Shown: positions 52,245 to 62,859 of the stretch, piece by piece
Numbering within the stretch: position 1 is the stretch's first letter
Layout of the letters: every line of letters starts with the position of its first letter
NCBI GenBank assembly: GCA_009103225.1
Contig: RHPI01000401.1
Coordinates: forward strand, 184,300-248,299
DNA length: 64,000 bases
Source: Chlorokybus atmophyticus
Taxonomy: Eukaryota > Plantae > Mesostigma and Chlorokybus algae
Direction of reading: 5' to 3'
Notes under the pieces: generated by a model
What the model was told of the DNA's origin: nothing
The model's database searches: none
What the model saw: only the letters and a program-made list of their open reading frames with translations
Made by a program: the position numbers and the translations under genes

Positions 52245-55200
52245 TGTTGAGAGTCATTCCTACATACGATCAGCATCGACCCTCCACATAGGAGTAGAAG
52301 GTCGTAAGGACGAGCACTAGGTCCGGACTTAGCAAGATGGCGTCGTCGGACCAGACTCCGGACTCCAGACAGGAGCTTTACTAACTGCTTCGTATCTCCG
52401 CGTATACTTACTCATATTAGGCGTGTGAGAGCTTGTTGGAAAGCTCTAGTTGTAAGAAAGACAACGCAGCTTAGAACGCGTCAAAAGGCTCAGTATAGCT
52501 TACGCAGTGCTTGCAAACGTAGACGTGTGTGTAACGGGCTGGTATAAGAACCAGCGGACAACTTGTAATAGATGAATGTGATGTGACTTGTGTATGCTCT
52601 GGTGGCGGTAGCTCTGTCTCTGTGTGTCTATGCTTGCCTCAACTACATGTGCATGCTAGTCCTTCAACAGGTTATGGGCCCACACTACGCTTGAGGAGTG
52701 TGAGACTAGCTTGTGTGCATAGTAGTTCTACACTACGGTAGCTTGTTGGTAGCAGAGCCTTGGGTGTCAACTGCAAGAAAGGCAGGCTCGACAGAAATGG
52801 AGGCGACCTACGACAAGGGGCAGATTGCAAAGCTGGACACCGACAACTACAACACATGGTGCGTGGAGATGAAGGCCTTGCTCATCCACAAGAAGGTGTG
52901 GAAGTACGTTGATCCGAAGGCACCACCACCAACACCAGGAGCGAACACTGTGTGGTCAGAGCATTCAGCAGAAGCACACTCTTTGCTTGTGTTGAACAGC
53001 AAACCGCATCACTTTCCCATGCTCACTGCATGTGAAGATGGTAGACAAGCTTGGGAAAAGCTATCAGCCGTTTTCAGAGCCAAGAACAATGCCAGAAAGT
53101 TGCATCTACGCAAGCAGCTCAGCGCACTCAGGAAGGAGGCAGCAGAACCCATCACAAAGTATGTTGCGCGCGCGAGAGAGCTGTGGGCGGACCTCATCAA
53201 CGTCGGCCACAACATGGGGGAGACGGAGGTAGTGCTGGCCATTGTTGCAGGGCTACCAGCAGAGTACGAGGTCGTCGCAACCCTGCTGGAGACGTCATCA
53301 TCGGAGTTGACGTTGGACGATGTGCTACCGAAGCTGCTCACCGTGGAGCAGAGGGTTGTGAAGAAGGACGAGCAAGCTGATGCCGTCGCCTTCCACACCG
53401 GCAAGCACGCAAAGAAGAGCAACCATGAAAAGAAGTACAAGGGCAACAAGCCGGGCAATCCTCGTCACAAAGACCTCACATGCCACTGGTGTGGTTGGAA
53501 GGGGCACATTGTGAAGGACTGTAGGAAGAAACAACAGGGGCAACCTAGAGCAAGCACCAGCAACAGCGGCAACGAGCACCAACACAAGGAGAAACATGTC
53601 GCCTTCACTGCATCCAGTTCGAGGGCGGGCACAGCTTTCTGGGTGGTGGACTCTGGCTGCGATCGTCATCTCACACCAAACAAGGAGGTGATGGAGGGCT
53701 ACAGGAAGCTGACGTCCACAATCAAGGTGGCGGGCTTCGGTGGCGAAGTACTGGTGGCTGAGGGAGTTGGCAACGTACGACTCCAGTGCAAGGTTGGTAA
53801 CACACTACGCGAGGTGTTGTTACGCAACGTCCTGCATGTTCCTAAGGCTATTGCGAGTCTATTCTCTGTGAGGGTTGCGGAGCGCTTAGGCGCGGAGATC
53901 TTATTTCGGAAGGGTGGCTGCTCAGTCATCCTTGATGGGGTCGTGCACATGGTTGGAATCGCTGATCCGGGAGGGCTCTACCACGTGGAGCAGCCTCAAG
54001 ACAGAGACATTCAAGCCATGGTGGTGAAGGACAAGGAGTCGCCAACATTGTGGCATCGGAGGTTCGGGCATCTCAGCTACGTCAACCTCACTCGCCTTGT
54101 CGCTGAGAAGATGGTCAAGGGCATCTATCTCAGCACAGAAGAACTCAAGAATGCATCAGGTGCACTTTGTAAACCATGCCTAGTTGCAAAGCAGCATGCT
54201 ATGCCATTCCCATCATCCTCTTCTAGCAGTCAGCATCCTTGCGAGCTTGTGCACATGGATGTCTGTGGCCCTATGCGCATTGTGGCGAAGGGAGGGGCCA
54301 GGTACTTTGCTACGTTCCTCGACGACTACAGCAAGCTGTCCATCATCTTTCCATTGACGCTCAAGTCAGAAGTTGCTGGAGCTGTGCGCACAGTTGTGGC
54401 CTTGTTGGAGACCCAGTCTGGCAACAAGATGAAGGCAATGAGGAGTGATCGAGGAGGGGAATACATCAACAAGGAGTTGAAGGAGTTTTTCGCAAGCAAG
54501 GGCATACGCCACGAGACAACGGCACCCTACACCCCGCAGCAGAATGGAGCAGCTGAACGCCTCAACAGGACACTCTTGGAGCGTGTTCGAGCTATGCTCA
54601 ACGACACAAAGATGGAAGACAGTTTGTGGAAGGAGGCGGTACTCACTGCCAACTACATCCGCAACAGGTCTCCGGTGAGCTCAGAGCAGAAGACTCCGTG
54701 GGAGCACTTCTATGGAGCCACACCAGATGTGAGTGGTATGCGTGTGTTTGGATGCACGGCATATGCACTAGTGCCTAAACAGCTCAGGCACAAGCTGGAG
54801 CCGGTCAGCAAGAAGGGCATCTTCGTTGGCTATGAACCGGGTTCCAAGGCTTACAGGATCTTGCTCGAGGACACTCAGAAGATCATTGTGAGCAGAGAGG
54901 TGGTTTTCCACGAGGGATTATCACAACCAGAAGCAGGCTTCTTTCCTGAAGATGAAGCACAGCCGGAGCATCCTGAAACAGTGGAGGCTACAGGCAAGGC
55001 CATCATCGACGATAAGGGTGAGCAGGACTCCACTGTAGCAGACAAGCAGTCGCACCTGCAGCAGGAGCACGCAGCTCGGAGATACCCAGTGAGGGAGAGA
55101 AAGGCACCTGACTTCCTACACAAGGCACACGTCGCCAGTGTGCACAATGAGGAGCCAAGCACCTACGAGGAGGCATTGTTAGCACCAGATGCGGAGCAAT

Positions 55201-57143
55201 GGCAGCGTGCTATGGACGAGGAGATTGCGTCACTCCATGCCAACAACACTTGGTCACTGGAGCAGTTACCGCAAGGAGTGAAGACCATTCCAGTGAAATG
55301 GGTCTTCAAGGTGAAGCGTGATGGTCAGGGCAACATTGAGCGCTACAAGGCAAGACTGGTGGCAAAGGGCTTCTTGCAGCAGGAAGGTGTGGACTTCAAC
55401 GAAGTGTTTGCACCTGCAAGTAAGCATACCACCTTCCGTGCACTGCTAGCTATGGTTGCTGCTGAAGACCTAGAGCTGCATCACCTGGATGTGAAGACTG
55501 CCTTCCTCTACGGAGAGCTGGAGGAGGAGATCTTCATCGAGCAACCACCTGGATATGAAGAAGGGGAGAGAGGCACAGCGTGCAAGCTGATCAAGGCACT
55601 GTACGGGCTGCGACAGGCACCGCGTATGTGGCACATCAAGCTCACCAAGGAGCTGGAGGCACTTGGCTTCACCGCATCCTCTGCAGACCCTGGGCTCTTC
55701 ATCCATGCAGACAACAAGGTCTGGCTGCTCGTGTATGTTGATGATATCATCATCACCGCCAGGCAGGTGCACCACCTGCAGGAGACGAAACTTGCTCTAC
55801 AGCAAGCATTCTCAGTTCGTGATCTTGGAGAGGCCAAGTGGTTCCTTGGCATGGTGATTGAGCGCGACAGGGCGGCTCGCACAATCAAGATCAGTCAGGA
55901 GCAGATGGTGAGAAGACTCGTCACCAAGTTTGGGCTCACTGAAGCGAAGACCAAGACCACACCGTTGGCACTTGGCACTGCCCTCATCAAGGCAAAGGAT
56001 GAGGAGGTACTCGACAAGGCTCAGTATCCATATGGTGAGCTGGTAGGCAGCATGCTCTATCTGGCAGTGTGCACACGTCCCGATGTTGCACATGCTGTGG
56101 GAGTACTTGCTCGCTACATGTCTGCACCGAGCATGGAGCACTGGAGAGCAGCAAAGGGAGTACTACGCTATGTTGCTGGGAGCGCAACAGTTGGCATCAA
56201 GTTTGGGAGCGGGAGCACTGAGTTGGAGGGCTACTGCGACTCGGACTTTGCTGGTGACCTCAACAGCAGGAGGTCCACTACAGGCTATGTCTTCAAGCTG
56301 AACGGAGGCGTGGTGAGCTGGAACAGCAGGCTGCAGCCAACAACAGCAGCATCTACATCAGAGGCTGAGTACATGGCAGCGGCAGCAGCAGTGAAGGAGG
56401 CACTCTGGCTTCGCAAGCTCATGGCAGACTTGGAGCACCCCATGGCGTGCATCGTCATCAACTGTGACAACCAAGGAGCCATCAAGTTGTTGAAGCACCC
56501 TATCGCCTCGGCAAGGACGAAGCACATTGATGTCATGCATCACTTTGTGCGTGACAGAGTCACAAGGAAGGAGGTGGAGTTCCAGTACTGCAACACCGAG
56601 GGCATGCTGGCGGACTTCATGACAAAGCCATTGTCACCGCTCAAGTTCAAGACTTGTTGCGCAGGACTTGGCATCTGTGTTTGACTACAAGAGCAAGCGT
56701 TGGAGGTCAAGCTGCTCGCGTGGGAGTGTTGAGAGTATTCCTACATACGATCAGCATCGACCCTCCACACAGGAGTAGAAGGTCGTAAGGACGAGCGCTA
56801 GGTCCGGACTTAGCAAGATGGCGTCGTCGGACCAGACTCCAGACTGGAGCCTTACTAACTGCTTCGTATCTCCGCGTATACTTACTCATATTAGGCGTGT
56901 AAGAGCTTGTTGGAAAGCTCTGGTTGTAAGAAAGACAACGCAGCTTAGAGCGCGTCAAAAGGCTGAGTATAGCTTACGCAGTGCCTGCAAACGTAGACGT
57001 GTGTGTAATTGGCTGGTATAAGAACCAGCGGACAACTTGTAATAGATGAATGTGATGTGACTTGTGTATGCTCTGGTGGCGGTAGCTCTGTCTCTGTGCA
57101 TCCATGCTTGCCTCAGCTACATGTGCATGCTAGTCCTTCAACA
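52245..57143 (+). mobile_element. Ty1/copia LTR retrotransposon
   Basis: LTRs at 52245-52669 and 56727-57143 (TGTTGAGAG...CTTCAACA); PBS GGTTATGGGCCC; PPT-like CGCGTGGGAG; single gag-pol ORF. Confidence 0.97.
52797..56684 (+). CDS. Copia Gag-Pol polyprotein, open frame
   Basis: CHWCGWKGHIVKDC, WVVDSGCDRH, LWHRRFGH, VHMDVCGP, QQNGAAER, YKARLVAKG, LLVYVDDII, GYCDSDFAGD, RTKHIDV. Confidence 0.97.
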   Translation: MEATYDKGQIAKLDTDNYNTWCVEMKALLIHKKVWKYVDPKAPPPTPGANTVWSEHSAEAHSLLVLNSKPHHFPMLTACEDGRQAWEKLSAVFRAKNNARKLHLRKQLSALRKEAAEPITKYVARARELWADLINVGHNMGETEVVLAIVAGLPAEYEVVATLLETSSSELTLDDVLPKLLTVEQRVVKKDEQADAVAFHTGKHAKKSNHEKKYKGNKPGNPRHKDLTCHWCGWKGHIVKDCRKKQQGQPRASTSNSGNEHQHKEKHVAFTASSSRAGTAFWVVDSGCDRHLTPNKEVMEGYRKLTSTIKVAGFGGEVLVAEGVGNVRLQCKVGNTLREVLLRNVLHVPKAIASLFSVRVAERLGAEILFRKGGCSVILDGVVHMVGIADPGGLYHVEQPQDRDIQAMVVKDKESPTLWHRRFGHLSYVNLTRLVAEKMVKGIYLSTEELKNASGALCKPCLVAKQHAMPFPSSSSSSQHPCELVHMDVCGPMRIVAKGGARYFATFLDDYSKLSIIFPLTLKSEVAGAVRTVVALLETQSGNKMKAMRSDRGGEYINKELKEFFASKGIRHETTAPYTPQQNGAAERLNRTLLERVRAMLNDTKMEDSLWKEAVLTANYIRNRSPVSSEQKTPWEHFYGATPDVSGMRVFGCTAYALVPKQLRHKLEPVSKKGIFVGYEPGSKAYRILLEDTQKIIVSREVVFHEGLSQPEAGFFPEDEAQPEHPETVEATGKAIIDDKGEQDSTVADKQSHLQQEHAARRYPVRERKAPDFLHKAHVASVHNEEPSTYEEALLAPDAEQWQRAMDEEIASLHANNTWSLEQLPQGVKTIPVKWVFKVKRDGQGNIERYKARLVAKGFLQQEGVDFNEVFAPASKHTTFRALLAMVAAEDLELHHLDVKTAFLYGELEEEIFIEQPPGYEEGERGTACKLIKALYGLRQAPRMWHIKLTKELEALGFTASSADPGLFIHADNKVWLLVYVDDIIITARQVHHLQETKLALQQAFSVRDLGEAKWFLGMVIERDRAARTIKISQEQMVRRLVTKFGLTEAKTKTTPLALGTALIKAKDEEVLDKAQYPYGELVGSMLYLAVCTRPDVAHAVGVLARYMSAPSMEHWRAAKGVLRYVAGSATVGIKFGSGSTELEGYCDSDFAGDLNSRRSTTGYVFKLNGGVVSWNSRLQPTTAASTSEAEYMAAAAAVKEALWLRKLMADLEHPMACIVINCDNQGAIKLLKHPIASARTKHIDVMHHFVRDRVTRKEVEFQYCNTEGMLADFMTKPLSPLKFKTCCAGLGICV

Positions 57144-58910
57144 TCCTCCTCCTGCCTCCTCCTCTCCTCCTCCAGCTCCTGCTGGCTCCTCGCCTCCACC
57201 TCCATCGCCTCGGGTCCCGGCAGAGAATGGAAGCTACTTGTTGAAGCTTGTTGAAGACCACCCGCCAGCATACGCCTGATCTCCAAGAGGTGCTGCTCGT
57301 TGATCTTTACGGTGTTATGGGTCTCGCGCAGCAGAGCTGAGGGAGTGTTTGCCTCTTTGCGTAATCTGTCCTCCAGCACCTTGCGCTCTTTCTCCAGCTT
57401 TTCGCGTGCAGTGCGCAGCTCCTTGTGCTCCCTGGCAGCTTCTTTCAGAAGAGCCTTGGCTGCTGCCTGCAAGCACATACAACTCAAGGTGAGTGTACCA
57501 GTCAGTGTATCCCCTGCAGAATGCACAAAGAGTAAACACACCAAAGACCTTGTCCAAGTCTAGCTGTTTTCTTTCAGTCTTCAAGATTTCACGACAAGAA
57601 TTCATGTTGTCAAGAACAGTCAGCGACTGTGATCTCTCCGTTTGGATGGTGTTCCGCAATTGTTGCAAGCTCTGTTTTTCCTCAGCTGCAAGGTCTAGCA
57701 GTCTCTCCACGCGTTTAGACACTAAAGACATCTTCTTGACAGCCTGTGCCATTCGTAAATGCACCAATAAAGCGCAAACTGAAGCAATCATGACCGGGTT
57801 GTGGACTTACCTCGTTCAAGTTGTCCACAAGCTCGTCGGTGGCCAGCACCATGTCCCAGGTAGGGTGTGCCAGTTCTGTGGGCTTGACATGCGCCTGCAG
57901 GGTAGATGCATTCAGTCAGTCAGTGTGCATCCGTCAGACCCTACATCCACAAGCTTGGCTGCATGTAGCTGCTTGCTTACACTTCCAGACCGCGTTGCTT
58001 TGGTAGACTTTGCTGGCGTTTGTAGAATTGAAGGCTGGCCATTCTTCTTGGAGGATGATTCTTGTCTTGGCTTTTTTGCTGGGGTCTCAGCTGCTGGTGG
58101 TTCCTCCTCCTCTGATTCCTCCTCATCCGACACCTCCTGCTCCTCCTCCTGCTCCTCCTCCTTCCCCTTGTCCTTCTGCTCTGATGCAGCTGGATTGGGA
58201 GGATGCGTGTACACCCATTTGTGCCCGGTTGAAGTCTTCTCCAGCTTCCATCCTTCGGGGGGGCCGNTAGGTCCCCAATCTTCCTTCGGGGGGGCCGCTA
58301 GGTCCCCAATCTTCCGGTTTTGCCAAGTGCTCACCGTCATGTATGGGTAGTTACTTCAGCTTTAAAGATACATAAACAGACAGAGATGCATACACAGACA
58401 GAGATACACACAGCTAGCAGCAGCATACCTACAGCAGCAGCATACATACAGATAGCAGCTTGGACACAGACAATAAAACTTGCAAAAATGCAGCTATGTA
58501 AGCATGAACCAAGCAAGCTCACCTTTATCTGCTGCACAACTTGGTCGGTGAGCTGCTGCAACTCGGAGCCGTGAGGGAGCTTCTCCTTGGGCGTTGCTCC
58601 TGGCAGTTTCTCAAACTGTTCAGGGCCCACACGAATCTTGGTGCAGGTGAGGGAGCCAATGTGCTGCTTGACCTTGCTGACAACGGACCTCTGCAACAAG
58701 ACTTGACAATATTTGCAGCGCCAAGGCTGCTCTGCACCAGACTGCCAGTATGCACTAGCCTCTGCCTTGCCCTTCATGCTTGCTATGCTCAATACGCTGC
58801 AACAGCTCAACGCTTCACAAACCGAGGCCACCAAGCACGCCGCCGCCACACACAGGAATAGCCGTTGTATGTCCTATGTATGCTGCTGTGGCTATTTATT
58901 ACTCAGGAAT

Positions 58911-58939
58911 CCTAACCCTAACCCTAACCCTACCCTAAC
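58911..58939. repeat. Short interstitial (CCCTAA)n telomere-like tract
   Basis: CCTAACCCTAACCCTAACCCTACCCTAAC. Confidence 0.8.
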
Positions 58940-59175
58940 TTGTGCGCAGCTGACTTCTGCGCAGGAAGACTCCGAAGAAGCACAGCTGTCCGCAGTGCTT
59001 CGGCGGCGGCGGTGGCGGCGGCGGAGGTGGCGGTAGTGAAGGTGGTGGCGGGAGTGAAATCGGTGGTTGACTGTTTTGCGTCTTGGCGTTTCCGGGCCTA
59101 CTTGCTAGGTTGCGGTGCTGGAAGCTGTTTCTAGCTGCTACCAAGCTGCAAGGTTGTGTGCTGCTCTCAAGCACA

Positions 59176-61585
59176 ATGTCAGTGTATAGGATGAGCGTTG
59201 AGCTTATCTCCAAACGGGTAGCTAAATTGTTGAGAGGGGTTCCAAGTGCACAAGCAATAGCGGAGAAGTTCAAGGAGGAAGAGATTGATGGAGAAGCTTA
59301 CTACAGCCTCTCAGCAGAAATTCTTGCACAGATCACACCTAGGCTGAGCATTGCTTCGCGGATCCTTGAAGACGTGCAGAAGTTGAACAGGGATGAGCCG
59401 AGGTTGCAAGCTGAAGATGAAGAGGAGCAAGACGAGGCGGGAGCACAACCTGGGGACACAGGTGTGCTTGCTTTCAACTAGTCTGCTGCCAAGCTGCTGG
59501 TGCAACTTAATTGCTCCTGCAGCTGAAGCTCTGCTTGCTCATTGGTGTGCTTTGGTCTACAGCTTCAGTCAAGCTGAAACTACAACTCAATTGAACCTGC
59601 GGCTTGGCTGGAGCTGCAGCTTGAGTAAAAGCTGCATATCGGCTTTCTGCCAAGCAGAGCCTCAGCCAAGCCGCAGCTGCAGTTTAGCTGGAGTGGTAGG
59701 TTGGGTGAAGCTCTACTTGCTGTATTTTGTACGCTTCGGTCTGCAGCTTCAGTCAAGCAACAGCGTTAGCCAAGCCGCAACTGCAACATAGCTGAAGCTG
59801 CAGCTTGGCTAAAGCTCTGCTTGCTTTGCTCTCTTTTGCAAGTGCCATGCGCTGACTGTTGGCCTTGTGCGCAGGAGCTGTTGATGAAGTTAACTGCGAA
59901 GACGAGTCAGAGGCAGTCAAGAAGGCAAAGCTGGAGGAAAAGTGCTTTGCCCCTGTCGCTGACAAGCCTAGGGGACTAGAGCTAAATGGGCAAGCTTACT
60001 TGAAGAAGAAGGACGAGACACAGTGGAGAATACAGGAGGACAACCGCAAGCTTCTAAAGGAGAAGCTGTGGGCCAAGTTCCCAGACCACTGTGTTGGCAG
60101 GAGCTTCAATCGGGCCGGCCCAGATTATGACATGAGGGAGGAGGTGGTGGCGGATGTAATGCAGAATCACACTCCGCTGGAGATCAACGGACAGACATTG
60201 CGCTGGCCTGCAAGTAAGTAATCTGCGTCTGCCTATGTGCATGTGCGTCTATATGCCAGCTGCCACCTGCCAGATGTCTTGTGCTTCCTGCAGAATGGCT
60301 GCTCACTGCCTCTTGTTTGCAGAATGGATTCGTGAGCAAATCCGCCGGTTTGTGGATAATGCAAGACGGGGCCATCCATTAACGCCAGGCGAAACGGTAG
60401 GCTTGACCCGTGAGCAGCGCAAGGAGAAGATGCGCGCTGCACGCGCTGAGAAGCGCGCTGACGCAGAGGAGCCAGCTCCACGCCGCTCGCGCACAGACTA
60501 CGGGCTTGGCCCACATTTCACCGTTGCAGACTTTCCCTCCAGCCAAAATGCTGTGCTGCTTGCCTTGTTGACTGCTGAGCCGCCTTCTCAAGCGCAGCTG
60601 CGTGAGGACTGGGTGGCTTTCAGGTACGCCATTTATCCTCTTGCACAAGGCTTTGCACCCGCACTCGTAAGGAATTCAAATGCGGCTGGTGCTGCAGACC
60701 CGCAGGAGATGCTGCAAGCACCAGCGGCAGCAGCAGCCGCAGGGTTGTGGCTGTTGGGCGCGGTCAAGTACTGGAGGTGCTTGAGCAAGAGACTCCTTGG
60801 CGCAGCTACAAAGTGAAGGTGCTGGAGTGGTACAACGCCAAGGGTATCGGTGATCAACGCATCTACATGCCAGTACGTGACACGGACGGGTATGCTGGCC
60901 AGATGACCGGGGACGAGCACTTGTGCAGCAATGTCTTGGTGAGCGTAGTAGAGTGTGTGCTGCGGTACAGCACATTGCAAGCGTAACTGCAAGGAAGATT
61001 ATATGCGTGACATGCAATGCGGCTGCTTGAGTGATGCAGGGACGCAGTTGTGCTTGGCCTGCATCCTTGGTAGCCCCGTCTGCAGTCTGCCCTTCTCAGA
61101 CTGCTCTTCAGGCGACTGCATTGCAGAAGTCACCCCAAGATGCGTGCGCGCGCTCGTGGTTGACAAGCGCGTGCAGCCAGAAGACCTGCATGACATCAAT
61201 CAGAGGGTAAGAACGTTGCAGTGGGCTGTAACGTGTGCAGCATGCTTGCATGATGCACACTTGTAACAATTCTTGCTTGCAGATCAATCGTTGCTCTGAC
61301 CACCTCATGCACTTGGCTGGCATCTGCTGCAATACCTTGTGCGCCAATGTTCCCAACCGCGAGAGCTTGCTGGAGGTGTACACTTCCTGGAGGGGGACAT
61401 ACGGGACGCAGATTGGGAGGCTGCCGAAGGAGGACCATCTGCTTGCAAAGTTCACTGACTCGCAGATCGGTCTCATGCTTGTTACATTTGCAGTCAACAA
61501 GCGCTGGCTGGTACAGGATGACTCTGGAGAAGCACGCTATGGCTGGCACTGGAATAGTCAAGCCAAGCGCCAACCTGGTCCATAA
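59176..61585 (+). CDS. CACTA-internal SAM-domain gene, ~6 exons (59176-59461, 59875-60213, 60323-60623, 60698-~60938, ~61049-61207, ~61282-61585)
   Basis: IAEKFKEEEIDGEAYYSLSAEILAQITPRLSIASRILEDVQKL fits the SAM pattern (F.E.EIDG..L..L....L........KI...I..L); GT-AG exons join in frame. Confidence 0.65.
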
Positions 61586-61945
61586 TTGGGTACCAAGCTG
61601 AAGACCTTCGCTCATCTTTCTTGCAGCAACCAGTCTAGCTTCCATGCAGCTTCCTTGCAGCCGCCAGTCTAGCTTCCTGCTAAAAGTCTGACTTCTTCCT
61701 AACAGTTTAGCTTGCTACCAGCAGTTAGCTTCCTGGTAGCAGTTAGCTTCTTGCAAACAATTGGAGCCTATTCTAGTACTAGTTAAGAGTACATGGTACA
61801 ATGTAAACTCCATATGAGGTTAAGATTTCTTTACTATGAAAACTTCCTGCAATTTGCCTGCACATGCCTGCTATATTGTGCTGCTAATTTTGGAATGAAT
61901 GGCTGGGCCGTTATCGGCATGACTGCTGGTCCACCGAGGTCGACA

Positions 61946-62430
61946 CACCAGGAGCTGTGCCGTCAACGGCACGACTGCTGCTGCTGCTGTGCCGACGTCG
62001 GCAGAAGTGCTACTGTGCCGAAGACAGCAGAAGCGCTGCTGTGCCGAAGTCGGCAGAAGCGCTGCTGTGCCGAAGTCGGCAGAAGCGCTGCTGTGCCGAA
62101 GTCGGCAGAAGTGCTATTGTGCCGAAAATGGCAGGATCGTTGCTGTGCCGAAGACGGCAGAAGCGCTATTGTGCCGAAAGCGGCATAAGCGCTGCTGTGC
62201 CGAAGACGGTAGAAGCGCTACTGTGCCGAAGACGTTAGAAGTACTGCTGTGCCGAGGTCGGCCCAACGCAGTTTGCCCCGTCAGCGACAGTAACCAGCTT
62301 GTGCCGGCTGACAGATGGTGACTTACGATCCTCTGCCGGCACAAAGCGACTTGTGCCGTCTTGGGAGAAGAACTGCTCGCAGAACTCGAAGGCAGGTGCC
62401 GCTGACGGCACAACTGGCTTGTGCCGAGAA
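61946..62430. repeat. Right subterminal array of the CACTA element; core is ~10 tandem 26-bp units (TGTGCCGAAGTCGGCAGAAGCGCTGC)
   Basis: Period of 26 read directly (e.g. GTGCC at 62041 and 62067); each unit contains the inverted pair TGCCG-N4-CGGCA. Confidence 0.9.
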
Positions 62431-62859
62431 CGGATTCTGCTGCAGGCGCCGTGTGAAAGGCCTGGCAGCCATCCTGCATGTTGGCATGCCCGTAAAAGCA
62501 AGTACTTTTATTGCGACTCGAGCCATCAAGCGCAAAGAGCGGTGTCTCATGACCTCGTGCAGCTGCGCAAGCGATACCCGATGTTGCATTCGACGGCAGT
62601 TGCAAGCAGTCTTCGCGCACTACCTTACGACATTCGGCTCGCCTCTGACAAACATGTGAAGGCATGCGGCGGCGTAAACATCGCTGTCGCTGGTAAGAAA
62701 TGTCAAGAACACTCACGCGCCGGCAAGGGCCTCGGCCTTCACGACCCGCGGTCTGCTCTGCTTTGGTAGTTAGTTCGCGTCATTTAAACGCTTTAACGAC
62801 AGCAGCGGGACAGGCCCCCTGCATACATCGAGAATGTGTGTTTACAGATGATTATTGCA

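Larger units (their letters stand above)
52094..58777 (-). pseudogene. CACTA-internal spliced gene (BED-like zinc finger, WW-like motif, coiled coil), split by Copia
   Basis: Exon 58777-58523 reads MKGKAEASAYWQSGAEQPWRCKYCQVLLQRSVVSKVKQHIGSLTC; later exons are GT-AG bounded and give heptad-rich helices; the last exon rejoins in frame across the Copia (RRRQEE/EPSAPRGHG). Confidence 0.65.
45836..62771 (+). mobile_element. CACTA/EnSpm-type DNA transposon (~17 kb including nested inserts); ends tentative
   Basis: EnSpm-type transposase; arrays of TGTGCCG-N4-CGGCA at both ends; decayed 26-nt TIR-like pair (CACTGC...CGCGG versus the reverse complement of 62746-62771, 15/26 identity); no 3-bp TSD found. 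Confidence 0.7.

Noticed and set aside
58253-58314. 31-bp tandem duplication that frameshifts the antisense CACTA gene
   Set aside because: It contains an N, and all three Ns in the window sit at duplicated junctions, so an assembly artefact is likely; one copy restores the frame.
61987-62260. Regularly spaced partly palindromic repeats resembling a CRISPR array
   Set aside because: The units are head-to-tail with no unique spacers, the context is eukaryotic, and no cas genes are present; better explained as CACTA subterminal repeats.
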